Of a stretch of DNA of 64,000 bases, positions 50,667-58,936 are shown in pieces. Source of the DNA: Gemmatimonadota bacterium. GTDB lineage: Bacteria; Gemmatimonadota; Gemmatimonadetes; Gemmatimonadales; GWC2-71-9. Positions within the stretch are counted from its first letter, which is position 1, and the number at the start of each line of letters is the position of its first letter. Location: positions 64,001 through 128,000 of the forward strand of contig JBDHKN010000002.1 of the NCBI GenBank assembly GCA_039586365.1. The letters run 5' to 3'. The notes below the pieces were generated by a model. It was given only the letters and a program-made list of their open reading frames with translations. It had not been told where the DNA came from and did no database searches. The translations under genes and the position numbers were made by a program.

Positions 50667-51182
50667 TCACACTTTCTCCAAGAACTCACCGACCCTCCGG
50701 TACTCCCTCCCCCAGAACATCAACGCCTGATCCGGCTCATAGCCGTCAGCGACGTGCACGGCCTTGATCTCACCCACAAACCACTGATGACTTCCCGGGA
50801 ACTCGATCTTGTGAACCACCTTGCACTCGATGTTCAGAGGACACTCTTCTATCAAGTAGCTCTGGATTGTCGCACCTTCGAGTGGCGTTACGCCCGTCTT
50901 GGCGAACTTGTCAGGCACGTCCCTCCCAGAGACCGAGCCACACGTCCGTACAAGATCGATCTGGTCACACCTTGGCACGTTGATACCGAACTCGTCCAGT
51001 TCACATATCAGTTGATACGTGTACTTGTCAGGCATGATGCCCACCATCACTGAAGGTGGCTCGAACGAGTAGAAATGGAACGCGCCGGCAGTCATGATGT
51101 TCTGACCAGCCGTGACCAACACGACAGGAAACGACGGCAATGCCCAAATGCCGACTGATAGGTCAGCCTCAAGCCTTTTCAT
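50667..51182 (-). CDS. Flavin reductase-like protein
   Basis: PVVLVT, EFGINVP, CGSVSGRD, IEECPLNIECKV. Confidence 0.88.
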   Translation of the reverse strand: MKRLEADLSVGIWALPSFPVVLVTAGQNIMTAGAFHFYSFEPPSVMVGIMPDKYTYQLICELDEFGINVPRCDQIDLVRTCGSVSGRDVPDKFAKTGVTPLEGATIQSYLIEECPLNIECKVVHKIEFPGSHQWFVGEIKAVHVADGYEPDQALMFWGREYRRVGEFLEKV

Positions 51183-51252
51183 TCGTTCGACCTCATTTCA
51201 GAAGCACCCGTCAATCCAACTGTCACGTTACCAGTAGTACTGTGGCCGCATA

Positions 51253-51738
51253 TCACGGTGCTGGTACCGGACTCGACCAGTGCAAATTGCGCAATTGCCA
51301 GCCAACAGTGGTATGTGTCGCTACTCCGGTGAAGAAGCCCGCGAAGGATGTCTGCGCGCCAGCAGTGTCAGTCACGACCTCGTGATAGGAGGCTGCCATC
51401 ACTGCCAGGCCCGGAGCAATGGGTTCTACTCGGATGTCCTGCCAGTCGAGCACGATGCCTGGGATACGCGTGGCAAGACCACGCACTAGGATGTCAGCCG
51501 AGTCCTTGGTGGGAAACAACATCTGGCCATCCGAGGCCATGAAGAAGGCGGGCGTGTCCTCGAAGTACTGTAACCAGGCGCTAGGCCCGGTTTGAGACAG
51601 ATCCCGCGCGATGGCGGCGGCCATCTGTGTCACGCTGTCCCGCATGGCGGCGGTGTGCGCTGCATCAAGCGTCACTGGAGCCGCGCGGCACCCCAGCACG
51701 ATGACAAGCAGTGACGTGCCAATGGTCACGGTTCGCAT
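51253..51738 (-). CDS. Lipoprotein, NTF2/SnoaL-like fold
   Basis: Lipobox VLGC; FFMASDG, GWQLRNLHWS. Confidence 0.7.
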   Translation of the reverse strand: MRTVTIGTSLLVIVLGCRAAPVTLDAAHTAAMRDSVTQMAAAIARDLSQTGPSAWLQYFEDTPAFFMASDGQMLFPTKDSADILVRGLATRIPGIVLDWQDIRVEPIAPGLAVMAASYHEVVTDTAGAQTSFAGFFTGVATHTTVGWQLRNLHWSSPVPAP

Positions 51739-51820
51739 GTAAGTATTCCGGACAATTTGGGTATTGGACCTGTCGTTTGTCGAATCTGAGCGACAAGCTC
51801 CGCTTGCGCTGGTTGGCAGC

Positions 51821-52534
51821 CTAGCGGCCCGCTAGTTGTGCCACATATAGACCGCGGTCCGCCGGGCCAGCGGAGTCGAACGTAGCTGCAAACCCGGCAT
51901 CTCGAAAGGCGAGCTGCATCTCATCAACTGTGAAGAGCCCCAATTCATGTTGCTCAGTGCAATGGCGTGTCCCGGCGGTGTCTGCAATGAGGTAGTCGAA
52001 ATGAAGTCGCAGTAGACGGCCCTCGATCTCAGTCCGACTCATCCGACAGATCTTTTGGTCTTCTGTGTCAGCAGTGTGCATCATCACGCGATTCGTCATG
52101 AGCTGCCCCGGGACAAAGGACGGCTCGACGATCACCGCGCCCGACGGCCGCAGATGTCTAGCGAAGCCCCACAGGGCGGCGACGACCCTGTTGATGGTCT
52201 TCAAATAGCCTATGGAACTGAAGAGGCAAAGAACAGCGTCGTACTGCCGGCCCAACTCGAGGTCAGCCATGTCGCCGCAACTGAAGTGCCCGGCAGGATT
52301 CTTCTGTTGTGCGATGGCGATGAACTGCGGCTCCACATCCACCCCGTCCACACTGAAGCCATGGTCGCGGGCCAGATGGAGTGCATGTTCTCCCGTGCCG
52401 CACGCGACGTCGAGCACAGTCTTCGCGGTGGGAGTCCTCGATCGGATCACGCGTGCGATCTCTGCGGATTCGGCGGAGTAATCCTTGAACTGTTTGTAGA
52501 TGAGGTCGTAAAGCGCTGCGGACTCAGAGAACAT
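51821..52534 (-). CDS. Class I SAM-dependent methyltransferase (sugar N-methyltransferase-like)
   Basis: YDLIY..KDY, VLDVACGTG.H, CLFSSIGY, HL.P.G..IVEP. Confidence 0.88.
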   Translation of the reverse strand: MFSESAALYDLIYKQFKDYSAESAEIARVIRSRTPTAKTVLDVACGTGEHALHLARDHGFSVDGVDVEPQFIAIAQQKNPAGHFSCGDMADLELGRQYDAVLCLFSSIGYLKTINRVVAALWGFARHLRPSGAVIVEPSFVPGQLMTNRVMMHTADTEDQKICRMSRTEIEGRLLRLHFDYLIADTAGTRHCTEQHELGLFTVDEMQLAFRDAGFAATFDSAGPADRGLYVAQLAGR

Positions 52535-52860
52535 GGTTGTCTCCAGCGATAGCATCATGGGCAGATCTCAACGGCGTCCTCCAAGGGTGGCGGCGGTGCG
52601 GGAGGAGCGCAACAAGCAAAGCGCCATTTAGAGGCTGGGCTCCGTCCTCTGGGACGAAGCCTTCATCGCAAGCCATGAGGATCAAAGCCGAACGGCCAAG
52701 GCCACATTCTCCAGCCTACACGCCCATTCTCTAGCGAGCCGAACTTTCTGGCAGGACCACTCGTAAGAAGGGTTAAGAGTTCAGGTTATGCGGGGCCTCC
52801 ACCGCAATGCCCTGTCGACGCGAAGTAGATCGTTCGTATCACCGCAACGGGAATCGATCC

Positions 52861-53538
52861 ATGACCCTCAGGAATCTCTTTCCAGGACTGTCCCTCCTAG
52901 CTCTGGCTACCCAACCGGGATTCTCCCAGACCCAGGAGGTGCTGACACCCGACCTGAATGGAATCGCCACTGGCCAGGGTTGGGAGATCGTAAATCGTGG
53001 GGCCACCGTGACTTTCGAAGCGGGACAACCCGTCGTCACCTTCGATGGCCGCCCCGGCGACGGCGCCGCGTGGCTCAAGGACGTGGAGTTTTACAACGGA
53101 ACCATCGAGGTTCTCGTGCGGGGAAAGAACGCTCCCCAACGGAGCTTCCTGGGAATCGCCTTTCGAGGGGTGGATGACGAGACCTACGACGCCATCTACT
53201 TCCGGCCTTTCAATTTCCGGGCCGATAACGCCCTGTCCCGCAGTCACCACGTCCAGTACATCTCCCACCCGGTGAACACCTGGTCCAAGCTCCGACAGGA
53301 TCATACGGGGGTCTACGAGGACGAGATTCTGGATCCGCCGGACCCGAACGGGTTCTTCAAAGCCCGCATCGAGATCAACAAGCCCGAGGTTCGGGTCTTT
53401 GTGAACGATGCCGCCGAACCCTGCCTGGTGGTGAACGAGCTTACTGACAGGGTTGCGGGACGGATCGGGCTTTGGCTGGGGAACAACTCCGACGGATCCT
53501 TTGCGGAGCTGGTGCTAAGGCCTGCGAGATCGCCGTAG
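52861..53538 (+). CDS. Secreted DUF1080-like (concanavalin fold) protein
   Basis: Signal peptide, F.NGTIE, F.GIAFR, YDAIYFRPFNF, VQYISHP, GRIGLW. Confidence 0.75.
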   Translation: MTLRNLFPGLSLLALATQPGFSQTQEVLTPDLNGIATGQGWEIVNRGATVTFEAGQPVVTFDGRPGDGAAWLKDVEFYNGTIEVLVRGKNAPQRSFLGIAFRGVDDETYDAIYFRPFNFRADNALSRSHHVQYISHPVNTWSKLRQDHTGVYEDEILDPPDPNGFFKARIEINKPEVRVFVNDAAEPCLVVNELTDRVAGRIGLWLGNNSDGSFAELVLRPARSP

Positions 53539-53794
53539 GCCTAACCGGTCTCCGTTTCCTAGCTCGTCGGGTGAGCATGCGTCTGATCGCCATCCTTCAC
53601 TTCTCCATCCTGAGCAAGTCGCCTGGGAGGAGTTCAAGGTTAGATGATCCTGCAAACCGGGGGACCGATCCGACTTCGAGCATCGTCCTTTCCCTTAGAG
53701 CGGCAGCCGGTCAGTGTCCAGAGGATTTCTCTTAGGCTAGGTGGGAGCACTGCTTGCAGTCGAATACAGCCTCTTCCCGTTCGACGGGGAGGCT

Positions 53795-53953
53795 GCTAAC
53801 ACCGCGATCTTCAGCGTGGTGAATGCTGTGCTGCTGCAGCCGCTTCCGTACTACGATCCCGGGAGGTTGGCGATCGTGTGGAACGAGTTTCCCACCTCGG
53901 GGCTGGTCCGGCTTCCACTCCCTTCCTACCACCTATACAGTTATCCAACTTGA
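53795..53953 (+). pseudogene. Fragment of an ADOP permease gene
   Basis: [29 protein letters not shown] matches the motif in the intact permeases at 2035 and 58937; no start, truncated. Confidence 0.75.
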
Positions 53954-53992
53954 AGTTACGGAATCGCAACGCTCACGGCGTCGGGGTGAGGC

Positions 53993-54032
53993 TTGACAAA
54001 AATAGAACGACATGTCAGTTTATGCTTGTCAA
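53993..54032 (+). promoter_or_regulatory. 40-bp concentric inverted repeat, candidate TetR operator/promoter
   Basis: TTGACAA (53993-53999) ... GACATGTC (54009-54016) ... TTGTCAA (54026-54032), all sharing one centre. Confidence 0.6.
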
Positions 54033-54056
54033 TCCTACTCCTTCCGAGGAGCAACT

Positions 54057-54515
54057 ATGTATTGCAGAACCAAGCTGCCCCAAACTTGCTGCCGGCGGGC
54101 AATCTACGCGCTCCTGCTACTCGCAGCCCTAAGCACCGTCACGACATCTCTCACGGCTCAGAACGAGCCGATAGCTGTCGCCGTGACGATAGAATTCGAA
54201 GACGGCCGGCAGACAAAATGGATCGAGGCGTTCGAGACGTACATCGAGCCGAGCATTCGAGATGCCATCGAGAGGGGCGAACTCGTGGACTTCGCGTATT
54301 TCGAGAGCATCGCTCCGACGCAAGCGTACGATCTCCTACTTGTGGTCCGAGCGCCGAGCTTCTCGTTCTTCGATCGCCGCCAGATCTATCCTCACTACGC
54401 CGCGTTGCTTCGTCGCGTCGGTGTCGAGGAAGGCACGAGGATCATTGCCGAGATGTCGGAATGGGAAGCAGCGGTCACCGTGACATTGCTGCGCTCGTAC
54501 GGATGGAAACCATGA
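54057..54515 (+). CDS. Hypothetical secreted protein
   Basis: GAGGAG RBS, signal-like segment, ATGA overlap with the next gene. Confidence 0.65.
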   Translation: MYCRTKLPQTCCRRAIYALLLLAALSTVTTSLTAQNEPIAVAVTIEFEDGRQTKWIEAFETYIEPSIRDAIERGELVDFAYFESIAPTQAYDLLLVVRAPSFSFFDRRQIYPHYAALLRRVGVEEGTRIIAEMSEWEAAVTVTLLRSYGWKP

Positions 54516-55441
54516 TCTCGGTTTTGGTAACAGGCGCCGCCGGGTTCATTGGGCAGCGGGTCGTGGCTGCCTCCGACCGGTCGACGTACCGTGTCATTCC
54601 GGTATCGCGCCGGCCGGCAGGAGCGCAGTTTCTGGTGCTCGACCTCACTGGACCGTTGGACACCCTCCCAAGGGTGGACTGGGTTTTCCATCTGGCAGGC
54701 GGCTACGCAGGAGCGGGCGCAAGGCACCTGGAGCAGTCAGACCTCGAGATGACGAGGCGGCTTGTTCATTGGGGCCGCTCGGCGCACGTCAGGAACTGGG
54801 TGTTCGCCAGCGCCGCTGAGGTGTACGGCAAGTGTGCGGAGCCGGCCACAGAAGACTCGCCGACCCGGCCGGCCATCCCATATGGCCAAGTGAAGCTACA
54901 AATCGAGCAACTGTTCAGCGATCTCGCGCACGACGTTCCGGACAGCCGCGTCGCCATCCTGAGGATCGGCGAGGTGTACGGCCGAAGAGGCAATCTGGTT
55001 GATGAACTGACCCGTCGATTCCGCTCAGGATTCTGTCCCTGGTTTGGCTCCGGGAGGGTCCCGGTTAGCTTCGTGCATGTGGACGACGTCGCCCAAGCCT
55101 TCTGGAGTGCCCTACGAAATGCGCCACAAGGAATCTCGACTTGGAACATTGCAGACGAGACAGCCGTCACATGGAGGGAGTTTCTTGATCACTTTGCGGG
55201 GATGTTGGGCACGAGGAAGGCCATCGGCTTGCCGCTCTCGCTCTCCAGAGCCTATGCCTTAGCAAGCACGATGGCTGATCGTGTGCGTGGCCGTTTCCCG
55301 ATCGTGACACAGCACGTGGTCTCACTGTTGACCACGCCCAAGCCGATGTCCAGCAGAAAGGCTCGCGAACGGCTGGGGCTACGACTCCGGTATCCTGAGT
55401 ACAGGGTTGGGCTGAAAGAAGCGTTGGATCGACACTCGTAG
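54512..55441 (+). CDS. NAD-dependent epimerase/dehydratase (extended SDR)
   Basis: VLVTGAAGFIG, VFHLAG, YGQVK (YxxxK), FVHVDDVA. Confidence 0.9.
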   Translation: MISVLVTGAAGFIGQRVVAASDRSTYRVIPVSRRPAGAQFLVLDLTGPLDTLPRVDWVFHLAGGYAGAGARHLEQSDLEMTRRLVHWGRSAHVRNWVFASAAEVYGKCAEPATEDSPTRPAIPYGQVKLQIEQLFSDLAHDVPDSRVAILRIGEVYGRRGNLVDELTRRFRSGFCPWFGSGRVPVSFVHVDDVAQAFWSALRNAPQGISTWNIADETAVTWREFLDHFAGMLGTRKAIGLPLSLSRAYALASTMADRVRGRFPIVTQHVVSLLTTPKPMSSRKARERLGLRLRYPEYRVGLKEALDRHS

Positions 55442-55453
55442 GATCGGAGGCCA

Positions 55454-56071
55454 TTGGTGGTCTATCGCACTACGCCCCGAATGGAGCAACGCAAAGCGGC
55501 ACGCCGTCGTCGGTTCCTCGATGTCGCCACTCGGCTCTTCGCGACGCTGGGCTATCAGCAGACCACGGTCCCGATGGTGGTCGCAGAGTCCGGCAGCTCG
55601 ACCGGTGCGTTCTACTTCTACTTCGCGAACAAAGAAGATCTTTTCGTTCAATTGCTGTTGGAGATCGGCGAGAGGCTCGCCGAGCAACTCAACGAGGCTA
55701 TTGCTGGCGAAGCCGAAACACTGGCACAGCTGCGCGCAGCGGTCGAGCGGCTGTTTCTGTTCCTCGTGAACAACCCTTCCGAAGCCCGGATTCTCGTCCT
55801 CGAGGCCACTAGTCTGGGCGGCCGGATCGCGACAACGCAGGCAGAGATTCTGGAAAGCCACGCTCGCAGTGTGGAGAAGGCGCTGGAGACCCTCCCGGAC
55901 GGGGTACCACCTGGGGATCCCACCGTTGCCGCGCACTGCTGGGTTGGTGCCGTGTATCAGACTGTCCGATATTGGCTCGGACTGCCCGCCGACAGATGTC
56001 CGCCAGCGGCTGAAGTAGCGAGGGAAGTGGCCAGCTTCAATCTCAGAGGGATTGGGCCACAGAAGGTATGA
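55454..56071 (+). CDS. TetR family regulator
   Basis: YRTT.RM..RK, LFATLGYQQTTV, STGAFYFYFANKEDLF; TTG start after GGAGG. Confidence 0.88.
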   Translation: MVVYRTTPRMEQRKAARRRRFLDVATRLFATLGYQQTTVPMVVAESGSSTGAFYFYFANKEDLFVQLLLEIGERLAEQLNEAIAGEAETLAQLRAAVERLFLFLVNNPSEARILVLEATSLGGRIATTQAEILESHARSVEKALETLPDGVPPGDPTVAAHCWVGAVYQTVRYWLGLPADRCPPAAEVAREVASFNLRGIGPQKV

Positions 56072-56074
56072 CAC

Positions 56075-56300
56075 TCCTGTGCAGGTAGCTCCTCAGATCG
56101 TCCGTCACCAGCCGTCACGGTTCCCTTGTACCTTAAGGAGCTTTCCCAAGAAGCGTCTGGCCGCACTGGCATCGCGACACCGCTGGCAAGGATGTCGATC
56201 GCATCACCATCCTGATCAACAGCCCGCCGGTGATGATGTTGCTTGCCCTGGCCGCTCACGACGGGCTCCCCCAAGTGCCAAAGCGCCCTATCAAACATTC
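56075..56300 (-). mobile_element. Degenerate IS6-family transposase fragment
   Basis: WHLGE...GKQHHHRRAVDQDGDAIDIL, then in shifted frames QRCRDASAARRFLGKLLK and LVTDDLRSY; no terminal repeats seen. Confidence 0.75.
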
Positions 56301-56344
56301 CGGCGTGAGCTAGCCGTTGCGGTGGGCGGGCAGCAGCCACCAAC

Positions 56345-58603
56345 CTAGTTGAGCTGCATAGTCAGCAGCAGCCTCTTGAACCTCCTATTGTCACGTAACG
56401 GGTCGAGCAGCGGCTCCACATTGAGGTAGGCCAACCAACCCCGGCGCTCTTCATGTGCTTTCTGCAACCAACCGAGTGCATCGTCGATGTTACCAAGCGC
56501 GATGTGAACTGTCACGAACGCGACCGGCGATACATACTCAGTCTGCGCCCAGGTATGCAGTTCCGCCAACATGCTTTCGGCTTCCCGCCTCTGCCCACGC
56601 AGCGCATGCAGGTACCCAAGCCCCGCAACCGCGTATGCGGACCTCGCTGAGAGAGCTATCGCTTCCTCGAAGGACGCTTGGGCTTCGTCATACATTCCGG
56701 CCTGTGCATAGGCAAGGCCCAGGACCCTATGATTCTCGGACGCCGTGGGATCCATCTCAACTGCGCGTCTCAGGTGCTGCACGGCCGCGTTCGAGTGGCC
56801 AGCGTAATGGTTGAGCCACCCCATAGAACGACGCACAGAGACGGACACCGGATCCAATTCCAATGCTGCCCGTCCCTCCGACAGTGCCTCATCGCGGCGA
56901 CCAAGGGCCATCAGTAGCCAAGCGTACCACTGATGTGCCGTGGCATAGCCGGGATTTAGCTCTATAGCGCGTATGAACTCCTGCTTTGCGACGGTCCAAT
57001 TCCAGTCATGTATAAAAGTCACCCATCCAAGAGACGTGTGCGCCTCCGCCAGAGCTTCGTCCAACTCCAATGCACGTCGCGCCTCCGTCTTGGCTTGCTC
57101 CATTCCTTCCGCCGTGGGCATCCCGCGATAGTCCGTCTGTAACGCGTAGGAGTCAGCCAAACCCGAGTACGCCAGGGCGTACGCAGGATCCTCGGCGATC
57201 GCCTGCTTGAAGTATCTGATTCCCTCGGCGATCCCTTCACGCGAACGCCGATTCCAATGAAAGCGGCCCTTCAAGTAGAGGTTGTATGCCTTCACGTTCC
57301 GCGAGTAGCGCGCCGGAGCTGCGTCTCCGAGGCTCACGAATAGCGTCCCTCTCAACGTGTTCACGATGGTGCGGGAGATCTCATCCTGAATCGCAAACAC
57401 ATCCTGCATGTCGCGGTCGTATTTCTCCGACCATATGGTGCGGCCGTCGCTTACGTTGGTTAGTTGTGCGGTTATGCGAAGTCTGTCGCCGGCCTGTTGT
57501 ACGGTGCCTTCGAGGACCGTTGAGACGCCGAGCATGGACCCGATCGAGCGAACATCCGCCTGCCGATCCTTGAGTGCAAAGACCGACGTGCGCGACACGA
57601 CTTGAAGCCCATCCACGTTCACCAGAGCGTTGATTAGCTCGTCGGTAACGCCGTCGCTGAGGTACTCCGTATCACTATCCCGATTGTTGTTCACAAACGG
57701 CAAGACGGCGATGGCTCCATCCCGAAGCAGCTGAGACGCTGCTGGTTCCGGTGGTAGCTCTGCCACGGCGCCGGAAGGTTCGATTGCCTCACCGAAGGCC
57801 GCGGCAGTTGCGAACCGATCTCCAGGATTCTTCGCCAATGCCTTGGCGATGGCTGCATCTATCGCCGAAGGCACATCCGGTCGGATTGACTGCAGCGGCT
57901 GTACCTCCTGAGTCGCGTGCAGCGCTATCGTCTCTTGGAGGGTCGATCCGGAAAACGGTGGACGCCCCGCAAGCATCTCGTATAGCACACACGCCAGCCC
58001 GTATTGGTCGCTGCGCCCGTCAATGGTTTCATCGGCACTGGCCTGTTCTGGACTCATATACTCGGGAGTGCCCACGGCTAGACCCATCTCAGTCAGGTCG
58101 TCGCAGCAAGCCGATATTGCGCGGCCGACTCCGAAATCAGTTACCAGAGGCTGCCCTTCCTGGAATAGGATGTTCTCTGGCTTGATATCCCGATGGAGAA
58201 CGTCGTTTCTATGAGCATAGTCCAAAGCTGCCGCTACCACCCGCGCAATCCAAAGTGCTTCGTGAATCGGGAGCCGCCGATGAAATCTCAAACGCGCACG
58301 CAGTGAGTCGCCATCTACCAGCGGCATTACGAAGAAGAGGAGTTTGTCGCACTCGCCGGAGTCATGCAGCGGTAGGATATGGGGATGGGTGAGGCCGGCA
58401 ACAAGCCGGACCTCTCTCAGAAACCGCTCGGGGTTGTACCCGGATGTCGACAGCTCCGGGTGGAGCACTTTGACTGCGACGTTCCGCTCGTGCTTGAGAT
58501 CTCGAGCTCGGTACACGGTCGCCATGCCGCCGCGGCCGATCTCCAACTCAACACGGTACCGATCCGCCAAAGCAGCTCTGATTCGGTTCAGAACATCCGG
58601 CAT
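56345..58603 (-). CDS. Ser/Thr kinase with TolB-like domain and TPR repeats
   Basis: GRGGMATVY, HRDIKPENIL, DFG, GTPEYMSPEQ; IAVLPFVN..EYLSDG.TDELI; TPR region. Confidence 0.93.
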   Translation of the reverse strand: MPDVLNRIRAALADRYRVELEIGRGGMATVYRARDLKHERNVAVKVLHPELSTSGYNPERFLREVRLVAGLTHPHILPLHDSGECDKLLFFVMPLVDGDSLRARLRFHRRLPIHEALWIARVVAAALDYAHRNDVLHRDIKPENILFQEGQPLVTDFGVGRAISACCDDLTEMGLAVGTPEYMSPEQASADETIDGRSDQYGLACVLYEMLAGRPPFSGSTLQETIALHATQEVQPLQSIRPDVPSAIDAAIAKALAKNPGDRFATAAAFGEAIEPSGAVAELPPEPAASQLLRDGAIAVLPFVNNNRDSDTEYLSDGVTDELINALVNVDGLQVVSRTSVFALKDRQADVRSIGSMLGVSTVLEGTVQQAGDRLRITAQLTNVSDGRTIWSEKYDRDMQDVFAIQDEISRTIVNTLRGTLFVSLGDAAPARYSRNVKAYNLYLKGRFHWNRRSREGIAEGIRYFKQAIAEDPAYALAYSGLADSYALQTDYRGMPTAEGMEQAKTEARRALELDEALAEAHTSLGWVTFIHDWNWTVAKQEFIRAIELNPGYATAHQWYAWLLMALGRRDEALSEGRAALELDPVSVSVRRSMGWLNHYAGHSNAAVQHLRRAVEMDPTASENHRVLGLAYAQAGMYDEAQASFEEAIALSARSAYAVAGLGYLHALRGQRREAESMLAELHTWAQTEYVSPVAFVTVHIALGNIDDALGWLQKAHEERRGWLAYLNVEPLLDPLRDNRRFKRLLLTMQLN

Positions 58604-58650
58604 ACGTAGAAGATGGTGGTCGGGCATCGCCCCCGCGAGGGTGACTTGCC

Positions 58651-58936
58651 GTGGCCTCGCTTCTCATCTCTCGATTCTGGCCGAGCAGCGGATCCCTGCC
58701 GCTGGAAGTCTCGCAGCTGAATTGGGTCAGTGCTGCTCTCGGCCTCACAATCGTCGGGGTGGATGTGGGGTATTCTGCTGCTCTACCGGAGTGGGTGGAG
58801 GAACGTGTTCTCGGGTTTGTGTTCTGCAATTCGCGGGTAGCGCTGCTCCTGATTCCGATAGGCGTCGCCCTGTTCCAGGAGAGGCTGATTCCGGCAAACA
58901 CAGCGCAGGCATCCAGGGCATCGCCCGCAGCCGCTA
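58651..58936 (+). pseudogene. Remnant of an EamA/DMT-type small transporter
   Basis: LNWVSAALGLTIVGVDVG / shifted frame LLLYRSGW / VALLLIPIGVALFQERL. Confidence 0.55.
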
